This document shows positions 49,414 through 58,429 of a DNA stretch of 64,000 nt, piece by piece; position 1 is the first letter of the stretch; every line of letters begins with the position of its first letter. Source of the DNA: a virus. The stretch is taken from positions 11,553-75,552 of IMG/VR virus record IMGVR_UViG_3300042309_001835; one strand, 5' to 3'. The position numbers and the translations under genes are program-made. The notes beneath the pieces are model-generated. The model did not search any database. It was not told where the DNA came from and worked only from the letters and a program-made list of their open reading frames with translations.

Positions 49414-49756
49414 CCAACATCCCATCACCCCACCGCCGGAGCTGGTGCAGCAGTGGTGGGAGCAAGCCGATCAGTATCAAGACGATCCAAAGACTTACTT
49501 CGACTTTATAGTTACCGAAGTAGCCCAATGGGGTGCGGACCAAGAATTGAAAGCTGTTTGTCAGCTTTTGTTTTCAGACCCGTCAGTTACCTATACCCTT
49601 TCCGACATCCGCGCCGCCAGGCGCCCTAAACCGCCGACGCTGAAGGAGCAGGCTTTGGAGCAACTGGACGGAATCGCAACTGTATTTCGTATGACTCACG
49701 GTGGCAACATCGTGTGCGACAAAATCCTCGCTGCTTTGGAGGCGCTACCCGAATGA
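49406..49756 (+). CDS. modular array family A3
   Basis: Same anchors, different intervening segments. Confidence 0.75.
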   Translation: MTDQHPITPPPELVQQWWEQADQYQDDPKTYFDFIVTEVAQWGADQELKAVCQLLFSDPSVTYTLSDIRAARRPKPPTLKEQALEQLDGIATVFRMTHGGNIVCDKILAALEALPE

Positions 49757-49930
49757 AGCCAGCGCATAAACGGGCTCTCCGTTGCTTTCTTCTTGAGAAA
49801 CTCCGCGAAGTGACGTGTCTACAGTTAAGCGAACTAGCCGAAACTCATGACTGCCAGCCGTTTGATATGGCTGAACAATTTGAGATTGAGGTTGGACGTA
49901 TTGAAAAACTCTTTTGTTACCCGCACTACG

Positions 49931-50188
49931 ATGGCTGAACCTATCTCCCCCGCCGCGCAGGCGGTGCTACGTGCCTACATGAACAACTGTGGTTGGCTAG
50001 ACGGCCCTCTCAAAAAAGACTACCAATGTGCCGCCGCCGTCCTGCGAGCTGCTGCGAATCAGGTGGTGCCACCCAGCCTTGAAACAGAGTTTTACGATCG
50101 CAATCCAAGTTTGACGCTGCAAAAAGCGGTGGAGATCCGCCAGCGTCTGCTCGCCATCGCCGCCGAACTGGAGGGTAACAATGTGTAA
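49931..50188 (+). CDS. modular array family B1
   Basis: SPAAQAVL / LRAAANQVVP / LAIAAELEG anchors. Confidence 0.75.
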   Translation: MAEPISPAAQAVLRAYMNNCGWLDGPLKKDYQCAAAVLRAAANQVVPPSLETEFYDRNPSLTLQKAVEIRQRLLAIAAELEGNNV

Positions 50189-50471
50189 TAAATCGCAGGG
50201 TTTTTACGGTTTGGACGGTATGCTTTCCCCCGCTACTCAAGCAATCATGGTTGCCTGGGAAAGCGAATGGAGTAAGGGAAGTTTTTGCCATGAAGAACGC
50301 TCCGTGGCCGCTGCACTCCGCGCTGCGGCGGATCAGGTGGTGCCGGAAGAGGATTCCTACGAAGGGGGATTCTCAGATTCACTTGAGCACCAATGCCGAG
50401 CATCTGAACGCAGACTTGCTCGCGCCGAACTCCTTGCTCTCGCCGCCGAGCTGGAGGGTGGCAATGACTGA
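50181..50471 (+). CDS. modular array family B2
   Basis: LSPATQA / AAALRAAADQVVP / ALAAELEGGND. Confidence 0.75.
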   Translation: MCNKSQGFYGLDGMLSPATQAIMVAWESEWSKGSFCHEERSVAAALRAAADQVVPEEDSYEGGFSDSLEHQCRASERRLARAELLALAAELEGGND

Positions 50472-50994
50472 CTTTCGTGCGCTGTGCGCTGAGCTGGCTG
50501 ATTCCGTAGAGCTGTTGCTTGAAATGCGGAGCAATGATCGACCGATGCGGGTAACAGAGGATCGCCTTAACCGCGCCCGCGCCGCCCTGGAGGCCCAGCC
50601 CGAGCCGCAGGGGCCAACGGATGAGGAGCTAGAGGATTTCGCACTGCAAAATGGTGGTGGCTATTTCAACTGCGACTGCCAGGAAGAAGCTGACATTCTC
50701 ACCCGGAAACACATGAGCAACTATCGCGCCGTACTCACCCGCTGGGGCCGCCCCGCCATCGAGCCGGTGCCGGTGAGTGAGGGGATGCCTGGCCCGGAGG
50801 ATGTAAACGACGATGGCGAAGTATGGGTCGAAGAGCCCGCTTACGATTATCCGTTGGGTGACACTGGCGATTACGACAGCGAGCCCGGCAGATGGGTGCT
50901 AAAGCCGCTCTCGTCCCTTGATAAGCGCTTCAAACGACGCTGGCTCCCCCACTCGGCGTTGCCGGTGCCTGGGGTGGAGGGTGCCGATGGCTGA
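50464..50994 (+). CDS. modular array family C1
   Basis: MTDFRALCAEL / RARAALEAQPEPQGP / RWGRPAIEPV / WLP..ALPVPG. Confidence 0.75.
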   Translation: MTDFRALCAELADSVELLLEMRSNDRPMRVTEDRLNRARAALEAQPEPQGPTDEELEDFALQNGGGYFNCDCQEEADILTRKHMSNYRAVLTRWGRPAIEPVPVSEGMPGPEDVNDDGEVWVEEPAYDYPLGDTGDYDSEPGRWVLKPLSSLDKRFKRRWLPHSALPVPGVEGADG

Positions 50995-51300
50995 CGCCCT
51001 GCTTGCCCTCGCCCTACTGCTCGCCCTCGGCGCAGCGATTGAGCTGTGCATCAAGGCGATCTTCGTGCGCCTGCTGCCGTTGCTGCTGAGGTTGCCTGGT
51101 AGTTAAACAACCGTACCATCATTTCAAAATGAAAGCAGAAGTCCTGTATGACCCGCTCGCTAACACCTACTGCTGGAAGCTGTGGACAGGTCCAGACGGC
51201 ATTGACGAATATCGTGGTATCGCAGCCTCTATTGGAGAAGCGTTTGAAGCGCTGATTAGAGCAGAAACCATTAACTCTCTTCATTACACAGCATAAAGCA

Positions 51301-51615
51301 ATGACCGAAACCAGACAACTCTCTGACCTGGCGATGGACTTTGACACCAAATACAAAGTTAACGAAAAGCCCGTCAAGCAACAGGAGGAAAAGTTAGCAG
51401 AATACCACTTAAAGTACTGCGGGCCACTCTGGCAGCGCATTGGCGGTAAGACAGGGCCATACGACCTGGGGCCAGGCGAGATCGCAAGTATTTTGAGACT
51501 GATCGCTGACGAGGCAGAGCATCGCGGCGAAATAGACTATGGCCGCGATCCGGGGGAAACTGTTGACTGGCTGCGTTCTCAGGCTATGATTGCAGAGTCC
51601 GCCATAGGCCTTTAG
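51301..51615 (+). CDS. hypothetical protein
   Basis: 104-aa ORF. Confidence 0.5.
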   Translation: MTETRQLSDLAMDFDTKYKVNEKPVKQQEEKLAEYHLKYCGPLWQRIGGKTGPYDLGPGEIASILRLIADEAEHRGEIDYGRDPGETVDWLRSQAMIAESAIGL

Positions 51616-51620
51616 CCATC

Positions 51621-52019
51621 ATGAGACACAGCTTGACCTACGAGTCACTCTTGGCTGACCAGGAGCGTGCCCGTAAAGCATTTGGTTATATGATACGCTC
51701 TTGGCGTATCAGGAACAAGTGGACGCAGTACACTGCTCACAAATGGGCAAAAGAGGCAGGTTTTGAAGCCATTTCATACGGCAATCTGTCTTGCATTGAA
51801 CAAGGCAAGGCCGGTGAGTTACGCCAGAAGGCGTTCTTCCAATTGGAAGAATTGAACAGGCGCCTCAATGCCAAGGATTGGGGAAGCGTTAAAACACAAG
51901 AAATCAAACAAAAATTGGAGCACTCTCAGCCACTGATTGATGACGATGGCAAGCTTTGGGATGCTGTTGATTTTTGGGCTTGCTACGTTGGTTACAAAGC
52001 AACCCCGAAGGTTTGCTAA
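51621..52019 (+). CDS. XRE-like HTH protein
   Basis: FGYMIRSWRIRNKWTQ...ISYGNLSCIEQGK. Confidence 0.65.
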   Translation: MRHSLTYESLLADQERARKAFGYMIRSWRIRNKWTQYTAHKWAKEAGFEAISYGNLSCIEQGKAGELRQKAFFQLEELNRRLNAKDWGSVKTQEIKQKLEHSQPLIDDDGKLWDAVDFWACYVGYKATPKVC

Positions 52020-52071
52020 TGAATAACTGATTTCCGCTATTGTTTAACCTAAGCATCGAAACTTCTTCAAA

Positions 52072-52479
52072 ATGAAAATCAAAAACGGATTCATCGACCC
52101 TGCTTATGCCACCGTTGTTGCCGGCGCAGTCTTGCTACTCGGTCTTGTCTTTGTAGGTGGACCAATGTATAATGTGTGGCAACAATCTCTTGCCGGTAAG
52201 GCAGAACTACAGAAGGCAGAATACACTCGCCAGGTAGCAGTTCTGGAAGCACAAGCAAAGAAAGATAGTGCTCAGCTAAATGCTGATTCTGAGGTGATTC
52301 GTGCGGGTGGCGTTGCCAAAGCAAACCAAATCATTGGTGATTCCCTGAAGGACAACCGCGAGTACCTCCAGTATCTGTACATCACTGGGCTGGAAGAAGG
52401 TTCCAGCAAAGGTAACGTAACCGTCTACGTTCCCACTGAGGGTGGAATGCCTGTTCCTACTCTGCAAATGAACAAATAA
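52072..52479 (+). CDS. membrane-anchored protein resembling an SPFH/Band-7 C-terminus
   Basis: TM helix, AEA-type coiled coil, YLQYLYI...VYVPTEGGMP. Confidence 0.65.
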   Translation: MKIKNGFIDPAYATVVAGAVLLLGLVFVGGPMYNVWQQSLAGKAELQKAEYTRQVAVLEAQAKKDSAQLNADSEVIRAGGVAKANQIIGDSLKDNREYLQYLYITGLEEGSSKGNVTVYVPTEGGMPVPTLQMNK

Positions 52480-52520
52480 TCTGAAAGAATTATCCAGCTT
52501 ACCCTGTCGCTTATCTTTCA

Positions 52521-52778
52521 ATGACTGATTCCAGGTACCCCTACACTCACGCGGCTGATTTCATCCGTCGTGTTGGCCCCGTAAGTAGTTCCGGTGTTGT
52601 TTTGTCGCGTGGCGATGCTTCTGCTATTCGTAGAGCAATTGCAGTTGCGATACAAATAGAAGATTTCAGGTTAGCTTGCATGCTGGCTGATGCTGAACTC
52701 AAGTATCAAGAAAGCTCAGAAGCAGTGCAAAAGGAGACTGAGCGTGTTTTGCGTGCAATCAGGGGGAGGAATCAATGA
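52521..52778 (+). CDS. hypothetical protein
   Basis: SRYPYTHAADFIR motif; ATGA-coupled to A4. Confidence 0.55.
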   Translation: MTDSRYPYTHAADFIRRVGPVSSSGVVLSRGDASAIRRAIAVAIQIEDFRLACMLADAELKYQESSEAVQKETERVLRAIRGRNQ

Positions 52779-53098
52779 CTGATCTGTATTCTTCCACCGT
52801 GCCACCAGCAGTACTGCAAAAATTACGCAGTACAGCTCCAACTTCAGGTTGGCCTCGTGATGCTTGGATTGCTGAGCAAGCCGCCCAATGGGGCGCGGAT
52901 CAAGAATTGGAAGCGTGCTGTGAGTGGTTAGAGAACCAGCCTCAGTGGATGGAAGATCTCCGCGCCGCCCGCCGCCCCAAGCCGCAGACACTAAATAGCA
53001 TTGCGCTGGAAATGCTGGGAACGATTGAAAAAATGGATGTAGTGATTCCAGAGATCACCGACACCATCCGCCGCGCACTGGAGGCGCTTCCTGAATGA
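52775..53098 (+). CDS. modular array family A4
   Basis: QWGADQELEACCEWLENQPQWMEDLRAARRPK ... DTIRRALEALPE. Confidence 0.75.
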   Translation: MTDLYSSTVPPAVLQKLRSTAPTSGWPRDAWIAEQAAQWGADQELEACCEWLENQPQWMEDLRAARRPKPQTLNSIALEMLGTIEKMDVVIPEITDTIRRALEALPE

Positions 53099-53337
53099 GT
53101 GAACCTCTCTCCCCCGCCGCGCAGGCGGTGCTGGATGCTTACATCAATGCTCCATGTGGAAAGTCACGCGGTGTTTGGGTCGCCGCCGCCCTCCGCGCTG
53201 CTGCTGATCAGGTGGTGCCACCTGCTTTAATGTGTGAGTATTACGAGCGCAATGAAAGCCCTGTGTTAGGGAAAGCGCTTGAAATTAGGGGCAAACTCCT
53301 CGCCATCGCCGCCGAGCTGGAGGGTGGCAATGACTGA
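53095..53337 (+). CDS. modular array family B3
   Basis: EPLSPAAQAVL ... LAIAAELEGGND. Confidence 0.75.
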   Translation: MSEPLSPAAQAVLDAYINAPCGKSRGVWVAAALRAAADQVVPPALMCEYYERNESPVLGKALEIRGKLLAIAAELEGGND

Positions 53338-54097
53338 CTTTCGTGCGCTGTGCGCTGAGCTGGTAGACGAGTTGCACTGCTACAAATACGTGCATCCTCA
53401 ACACGACACTGACCTAATTGACCGCGCCCGCGCCGCCCTGGAGGCCCAGCCCGAGCCGCAGGGGCCACCAAAGAATTGCTGGCTCGACGATGAGCCGTAT
53501 CTTTGCCCTAGCCCCTGTGTATTTGACGATCCTTCCGAAGTGATTGACAACTGCTTGGAGGCGCGCCACCTGAGCGAAAAAAACAAACCAAAGGAGGCAT
53601 GTAAGTATTACCGCACTACTGCCCAGCCCGAGCCGGTGGTACTGACCCGCCCCGACTGCTTTAACTTCGCCATGGACTTCTTGGGCGGCACAGAAGAAGT
53701 CGAGGTGCGTAATTACATCGAAAGGCTTGAGTCCGCCGCCCGCGCCGTCCTAGCCCAGCCCGAGCCGCAGGGGCCGACGAATGAGGAGCTGCTGGCATCA
53801 GTGCGTCACTTTTATGGCGATCAGGCTGCTGCCGACATGGGAGCAGAAGACGATCTGCGTACAGCCCGCGCCGTCTTTGCCCGCTGGGGCCGCCCCGCCA
53901 TCGAGCCGGTGTCGGGGAGTGAGCGCCTGCCGGGGCCGGAGGATTGCGATGCGGAGGGAAGGTGTTGGTGGTGGAACTCTTATGAAAACATGTGGGATTT
54001 AATTGACCTTGAGTACCGAGTCCGGGCTGAGTTTCCACATAGCACCCACTGGCTCCCCCGCTGGGCGCTGCCGGTGCCTGGGCTGAAGGGTGAGTGA
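53330..54097 (+). CDS. modular array family C2
   Basis: Same anchors as C1, with three AQPEP modules. Confidence 0.75.
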   Translation: MTDFRALCAELVDELHCYKYVHPQHDTDLIDRARAALEAQPEPQGPPKNCWLDDEPYLCPSPCVFDDPSEVIDNCLEARHLSEKNKPKEACKYYRTTAQPEPVVLTRPDCFNFAMDFLGGTEEVEVRNYIERLESAARAVLAQPEPQGPTNEELLASVRHFYGDQAAADMGAEDDLRTARAVFARWGRPAIEPVSGSERLPGPEDCDAEGRCWWWNSYENMWDLIDLEYRVRAEFPHSTHWLPRWALPVPGLKGE

Positions 54098-54153
54098 CCA
54101 ACACTAGAATCCGCTCAACAGTATAATTGTACTGAACCAGTCAACTGAAACGA

Positions 54154-54819
54154 ATGTATTTTTTGATTGAGCCACTGCTGACATCAGAGCAGTGTAATAC
54201 TTTTTTACGCGCACTTGATGCACCTGAAGCTGATTGGCGTCCTGGGGCTGACACCGCCGGCTGGCATGCCCGCACCGTCAAGCAGAATCAACAGCTAGCA
54301 TCAAATAGCCATTTGCGACACAATCTGGAACAAAAAATCCAAGGCTATTTTCTGGATAATCCGCTGTTTCAAGCTGCTGCTTTCCCGCGTTCAATCCACA
54401 GTATTCTATTCAGTCGTTATAGTGCCGGTCAAAGTTATGGTCGCCATGTAGATAATGCCTGGATGGGCGCCAATCGAAGTGACCTTTCTTTTACGTTGGC
54501 CCTGAACAGTACTGACGACTATACAGGCGGCGAACTGGTACTGGAGCTGCCGACCAAGGAACAGGCATTTCGGCTGCCTCAAGGTCACGCCCTGGTGTAT
54601 CCCAGTACATTATTGCATCGCGTTGAGCCGGTAACCTCAGGGGAGCGGGTGGTAGCGGTGGGATGGACCCAGAGCCGCATACGCCATGCCGATCAACGTG
54701 AATTGCTGTTTGACTTGGATACCGCTCGACGGGCTTTGTTCGGGCGCGGTGGCAAGGATGAATTGTTCGACCTGATCAGTCGCAGCTACACCAACCTGCT
54801 GCGCCGCTGGGACGACTGA
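54154..54819 (+). CDS. PKHD-type Fe(II)/2-oxoglutarate dioxygenase (PiuC/YbiX-like)
   Basis: YGRHVDN, RSDLSFT, YTGGEL, LHRVEPVTSGER, QRELLFDLD, YTNLLRRW. Confidence 0.9.
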   Translation: MYFLIEPLLTSEQCNTFLRALDAPEADWRPGADTAGWHARTVKQNQQLASNSHLRHNLEQKIQGYFLDNPLFQAAAFPRSIHSILFSRYSAGQSYGRHVDNAWMGANRSDLSFTLALNSTDDYTGGELVLELPTKEQAFRLPQGHALVYPSTLLHRVEPVTSGERVVAVGWTQSRIRHADQRELLFDLDTARRALFGRGGKDELFDLISRSYTNLLRRWDD

Positions 54820-54923
54820 GCAATATCATTAGTCTAGTTGGACGCAAAGTGAGACAGCCAACCGCTTGACACGCTTGCTAAGATAAGCCAGGTAACAACC
54901 ATTCCTGGCCTTCTCGCTTACCA

Positions 54924-55283
54924 GTGGACCACAACCTGCACACCATCAAGATTACTGGTCACCTGACCTTTGATTCTAGGTACAAAAGCTTCCGTTCTGC
55001 TTTTCGTGATTTTATCGAAGACCCAACCAGCGAGGGTATTCAATTACAAGTCACCGATATGGTAAATGCAGACATTCCTTCAATGGAAATTGGCGCCAAG
55101 ATATCAATTTCCAGAACCATAACCAGTGTAGCCGACGCACGTTTTGCACAGGCCGATAAGACCAAGCCACAGGTAGCACGTAAACCTGTTGAAAAGCCTG
55201 TGGAAAACCGGATTAAGGCCGATAAGCCGGTCAATAATCGACAATTGCTCACCGTAAACGGTAGTGATACCTGTTTCCACTGA
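54924..55283 (+). CDS. hypothetical protein
   Basis: 119-aa ORF. Confidence 0.5.
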   Translation: MDHNLHTIKITGHLTFDSRYKSFRSAFRDFIEDPTSEGIQLQVTDMVNADIPSMEIGAKISISRTITSVADARFAQADKTKPQVARKPVEKPVENRIKADKPVNNRQLLTVNGSDTCFH

Positions 55284-55310
55284 CGAACCAATCAATCAGG
55301 AGCCAAATCA

Positions 55311-55706
55311 ATGGATACACGAATCATCCGTACAGCGCAAAGGGTAAAGAGCGACTCTCGCCAAGAGAAATTCAGGGCGCTTGAAGTAATGGCCAGAGAC
55401 AGGATAGTATTCTCTGCTTTTTATCCAGGCACGATGGTCAGGCACACATATCATGACATTGCAGAATTTTCATCACCCAAGGAGTTGGGTCCCAAGGACT
55501 GCCGGAATGTGGTAGCCGTCGCCGTTGTTTACATAGACAATGACAAGACTACGCGCATGCCATTGTTATCACAATGCCAACTGGATGATTTTATCGTGTC
55601 CGCGCTGGCGGAAGGGAAAAGTGTCATTGACTTAAGAAAGCTTGGTGATCAAAAGATAAGACAATTGTACACCCTAGCGAAACAATCAATCGACGTCCTG
55701 TCATGA
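55311..55706 (+). CDS. hypothetical protein
   Basis: AGGAG RBS. Confidence 0.55.
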   Translation: MDTRIIRTAQRVKSDSRQEKFRALEVMARDRIVFSAFYPGTMVRHTYHDIAEFSSPKELGPKDCRNVVAVAVVYIDNDKTTRMPLLSQCQLDDFIVSALAEGKSVIDLRKLGDQKIRQLYTLAKQSIDVLS

Positions 55707-56059
55707 GCTACGACATAGATCTGTGCGATCCGGTAACAAAAGAAGTTTTGAAACTGGATGAAAATCACTTCATGGCCGGTGGTACTTACGCTATTGGCGG
55801 CACCAACGAGATGTGCCTCAATGTTACCTACAACTATCGCAAGGCGTTTGTCAAGACGATGGGAGAAAAAGGTATCCGCACTATTTATGGAATGACCGGC
55901 GCCGATAGCATTCCACTGCTGGATCAAGCTATTGATAACCTAGCGGATGATAAGACTGATAACTATTGGGAACCAACTGAAGGAAATGCCAAAGCAGCTT
56001 TAATCCAATTGAAAACATTGGCTAAGATGCGCCCAGATGGTATCTGGAGGGGTGACTGA
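55703..56059 (+). CDS. hypothetical phage protein
   Basis: MSYDIDL...NVTYNY...YWEPTEGNA...RPDGIW. Confidence 0.65.
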   Translation: MSYDIDLCDPVTKEVLKLDENHFMAGGTYAIGGTNEMCLNVTYNYRKAFVKTMGEKGIRTIYGMTGADSIPLLDQAIDNLADDKTDNYWEPTEGNAKAALIQLKTLAKMRPDGIWRGD

Positions 56060-56358
56060 TGGAAAGCATTCGTTCGCTGTACGGTGAAATGCTGGGAGAG
56101 TTGCAGACCGCTCTTGACGGCGACCAGCAGGGCGATCTCCCTGGTCTGGTCTGGCGTGCTAATGCTGCCCTGCAGTACGTCGATAGCACAAAGCAATCAT
56201 GGCCAGTAGTGTTGCCACCGCAACCTTCACTGGATGATTGGCTTCAGGTCGAGACCAATCGTCAGTCATTGTTGCGTTACCTGATGCGAATTGGGGTATT
56301 AAGCCAATTTGGCACGCTAATGCCGGCTTGGGTAGATGACTTCGAGTTGCTAGAATGA
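56059..56358 (+). CDS. hypothetical protein
   Basis: Stop/start coupled. Confidence 0.5.
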   Translation: MESIRSLYGEMLGELQTALDGDQQGDLPGLVWRANAALQYVDSTKQSWPVVLPPQPSLDDWLQVETNRQSLLRYLMRIGVLSQFGTLMPAWVDDFELLE

Positions 56359-56389
56359 ATTGTACGCACCGTCCGTGGCAAATGGAAAA

Positions 56390-56929
56390 ATGACCAACCC
56401 AGTTTTTGAAATCGGAGATCTTGTTATCAAGACCTACGGCAGGAATCCTGCAAAAGTCATCAGGAAAGTAGCATGGAACAACAATTACTACTGCAAGTAC
56501 GAACACAGTGGCGCTTGCTTTGAAGCTAGCGCACAAGAGTTGAAACTTTACGACACACCCGACGAAGAAGTCATGGCTGAAACCAAAACTCTGTATTCCT
56601 TTCAGAAGGAAGATAAAACTGTCGGTTACGGCAGTCACATTGGCACCAATTCCAGCAACCAGTACCTGATCGAAGAGAAAGGTACCAATACCATTCATGT
56701 CTTTGACCCCAAAGACCTGGAAGAGGTATTGCCTTATACGTTTTCCGCCACCATGAACGGCAAGGAGACTCATTACATCGCCAGTCCGGGTTCACTGAAG
56801 AAAGGTGACTACCTGCTTTACACCAGCGGGTCCCAGCCTATGATTGCGGTTGTAACCGCCGTAGACACCAAGAACAAGTCAGCTCGTACCAAGTTCAAGG
56901 GTCTGCGACTGATGGCAGAACCCATCTGA
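56390..56929 (+). CDS. hypothetical beta-rich protein
   Basis: FEIGDLV start; 179 aa. Confidence 0.6.
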   Translation: MTNPVFEIGDLVIKTYGRNPAKVIRKVAWNNNYYCKYEHSGACFEASAQELKLYDTPDEEVMAETKTLYSFQKEDKTVGYGSHIGTNSSNQYLIEEKGTNTIHVFDPKDLEEVLPYTFSATMNGKETHYIASPGSLKKGDYLLYTSGSQPMIAVVTAVDTKNKSARTKFKGLRLMAEPI

Positions 56930-56935
56930 ATACAC

Positions 56936-57006
56936 CTCCAACCAACCTACCGTCGAATCTGACGACTTGAAGCTCACTCCAAGCAACCTACCGTCTAATC
57001 TGACGA
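56936..57006 (+). repeat. 30-bp direct repeat, two copies
   Basis: CTCCAA(C/G)CAACCTACCGTC(G/T)AATCTGACGA at 56936 and 56977. Confidence 0.85.
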
Positions 57007-57329
57007 TCCATCAATGGCAGAGCCTGTTGGTAGCTGCCATTGATTTGTTGCAAAATACAACCAACGCAGAAGAAGACTTGGCTTACACCCAATGGTTAAT
57101 CGAACAATGGCGACTTGACCAGCAACGCATTATTCACCAACAAACCATTCTTCATAAACAAAATGAGCAGTCATGACCACTGACAGGCAATGTTCCTTCG
57201 ATCCGATGGCCGAGGCATATATCGGGGCACCAATCGGAATGTTTCATTGCCCATTGTGCGGCGAAATGGTACTGGCGGGCATGCCTCATCCAGACTACAG
57301 TATATGGGACATGATCGACGAGGTAGAAC

Positions 57330-57482
57330 CTAGCCCCCAGCCCTCTTGCCAGTCTTCTTCTTGCGACTGACCATCAGCTTGCCGTCTTTCTCGGTAACAC
57401 TCATGCCAGCTTGTTCTGTTTGACGCTTCAGATCAGCATACTTTTCGGCTGCCGTCATTTTCTTTGCTTTCTTAGGAGTCAC
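57330..57482 (-). CDS. small basic protein
   Basis: KKAKKMTAAEKYADLKRQTE...; late-type motif upstream; start uncertain. Confidence 0.5.
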   Translation of the reverse strand: MTPKKAKKMTAAEKYADLKRQTEQAGMSVTEKDGKLMVSRKKKTGKRAGG

Positions 57483-57517
57483 GGCAACCAATCCAATCAA
57501 ACCATAGGCTTCCAGCC

Positions 57518-57703
57518 ATGAAACCAAAAATCCGACCATTATTACAGCAGTGCATCGAAAATGGTATCCGCCGTGGCTACCACCGTATTCACAAGCATTC
57601 GATAGGCGCTGTACCTGAAGAAGACATATTTTCTGCCATCGAAGAAGCAATCATGGGTGAGCTGTACGAATGGTTTGATTTCCCGCCAACCAATGACGAT
57701 TGA
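57518..57703 (+). CDS. hypothetical protein
   Basis: CIENGIRRGYHRIHKH...EWFDF. Confidence 0.55.
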   Translation: MKPKIRPLLQQCIENGIRRGYHRIHKHSIGAVPEEDIFSAIEEAIMGELYEWFDFPPTNDD

Positions 57704-57907
57704 GACCCCCACAGACCATGACAATGCCTTTACGGAAGCGGAGCATGCCCACCGATTGGCATATGCTCTGAGAGCCGTCCTGGTGAGCCTGGAAGCCACT
57801 GGAAACTTGGAAAAGGTATCAATGAGCCTGCGAAGGTTGGTACTGCACACCCTGAGCACTTACTTCAGGGACGACCACTCAGTGTTAAACAATTCCACAT
57901 CAAAACG

Positions 57908-58084
57908 ATGATTGTAATCCCAACAGAACAGATCGATGAATGGGATTCAGAATATGACAGATTGCAACTGAGCAAACAGGTCTCACGCATCTCGTTCATG
58001 GCGCATTGTGCAGCAGTGTGGGGCTACGACCAGGGCTTAACAGCAATGGACCAATTGTTCAGAACAGATCCAGAATTGGAATAA
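57908..58084 (+). CDS. distant half-length relative of array family A
   Basis: Read manually: IPTEQIDEW...AAVWGYDQGL. Confidence 0.45.
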   Translation: MIVIPTEQIDEWDSEYDRLQLSKQVSRISFMAHCAAVWGYDQGLTAMDQLFRTDPELE

Positions 58085-58429
58085 TATTCCCTTTACAATC
58101 GCTTTACGGTCCTTAACCAGATCAAATCAGAATTTATCCGGTAGTGCGGTTGAAATGCCGCAGATATGGCCTAGCATAGGGCGAATTCAATCCACCGATG
58201 GAAATCACCGGCCAAGGCGCTCACCCCATCATGCAGCTCCATGATGACATATCAAACTTCCTGGAAGCGATAGACCCCCAACCAGGAAGCGAAATATTTG
58301 AAACCGGATTCAAATTCACCAGGTTGTTGAATGAATTACATGAAACGTATGTGATGGAATATGCCGTCGAACACATGGAGTCATGTTTCCATTGCCCATC
58401 AGCCAACAGCCATCCAGCGGAGTAAAGAA

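Noticed and set aside
50251-50463. Upstream extensions of family C ORFs (also 53279-53329)
   Set aside because: They overlap family B genes; both copies share a GGAGG RBS and ATG at MTDFRAL.
47143-54097. Diversity-generating retroelement or shufflon as the explanation for the array
   Set aside because: No reverse transcriptase or invertase in the window; repeats are direct, and variable parts are unrelated blocks rather than adenine-specific substitutions.
48749-54097. CRISPR array
   Set aside because: Several repeat types, irregular spacing, all in-frame within coding genes, and no cas genes.
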